Assembly (NCBI GenBank): GCA_019828565.1
Contig: JAHDYR010000067.1
Location: 62,001-126,000, forward strand
Direction of reading: 5' to 3'
Length of the DNA stretch: 64,000 nt
DNA from: Carpediemonas membranifera BICM
Taxonomy: Eukaryota > Protista > Fornicata
In this document: piece by piece, positions 63,528 to 64,000 of the stretch
Numbering within the stretch: the first letter of the stretch is position 1
How the letters are laid out: each line of letters begins with the position of its first letter
Notes under the pieces: model-generated
Database searches by the model: none
Seen by the model: the letters and a program-made list of their open reading frames with translations, nothing else
What the model was told of the DNA's origin: nothing
Program-made: the position numbers and the translations under genes

Positions 63528-64000
63528 ATGAGACGCCGTTCACCAGTAGTTTCGCAGAACCGGGAGATCGACGAATCCACGGAGCAGGCGGATGCGTTGA
63601 ATCAAAGTGCACATGGCGCCTGTGGACGTGGCGAACAAACTGATGCCATCGTTGATGCTTTGAATCAAGAAGCTCACGATCTCTACCAGCGTGGCGAGTT
63701 TACTGACGCTTTGGTGGTGTGCGAACGCTCACTCTCCATCGATCCCACACAGAGTGTCGCCCATAACACTCTCGGCAATGTATACAGGGCGCTGGGGCAA
63801 CACCAGCTCGCCATCAAGTCCTACGAGGCGGCCGTCCATGCCGAGCCGGACGCAGCCACGGCATTTACCAATCTTGCGAATCTCTACCTTGATCAGGGTG
63901 AACTCAAGCAATCAGAGCAAGTGCACCTGTTGGCACTGGAGCGTGACAGCGCCTCAATGCCGTCTCTCATGAGTCTGGCGTTCATATACCGTCAAATGCA
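63528..64000 (+). CDS. TPR-repeat protein, 3' end beyond the window
   Basis: Hand translation is open to the window end and absent from the ORF track: AHDLYQRGEFTDAL...SIDPT..AHNTLGNVYRALGQHQLAIKSYEAAV..EP..ATAFTNLANLYLDQG. Confidence 0.75.
   Translation, partial: MRRRSPVVSQNREIDESTEQADALNQSAHGACGRGEQTDAIVDALNQEAHDLYQRGEFTDALVVCERSLSIDPTQSVAHNTLGNVYRALGQHQLAIKSYEAAVHAEPDAATAFTNLANLYLDQGELKQSEQVHLLALERDSASMPSLMSLAFIYRQM

Overview
Gene-dense eukaryotic DNA with short intergenic spacers and few, very small spliceosomal introns (28-77 nt). The gene content and intron style suggest an anaerobic flagellate of the metamonad/fornicate type, such as Carpediemonas or a relative; this is an inference and is not proven. 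Recognisable genes are TRAPPC10, AP2S1, a UBC4/UBE2D-type E2, 14-3-3, a CstF77-like HAT protein, VPS35, SEC24, a CDK9/12-like kinase, profilin, an INO80D/KANSL2-type zinc finger protein, PSMB3, bacterial-like EEP and Fe-ADH enzymes, PMCA, a TMEM104-like transporter, CEP164-like, Lunapark, FAM172A/ARB2, DNAJC2 and a partial TPR protein. The main accessory element is an intact, very recent Ty3/gypsy chromovirus (13339-18607, minus strand). It has identical 124-bp LTRs, a 4-bp TSD and no tRNA-type primer-binding site, with a cluster of overlapping palindromes in that position instead. It sits 11 bp upstream of the VPS35 start codon. Other notable items are a duplicated C2H2-PHD-SET-like gene whose second copy carries microhomology-flanked deletions, an unexplained 224-bp direct repeat in a non-coding island, a fixed -6 branch-point rule in all nine reconstructed introns, a near-perfect 642-bp coding tandem repeat in CEP164, and a possible highly divergent mitochondrial-carrier-like protein. 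No CRISPR array, rRNA or tRNA was recognised.
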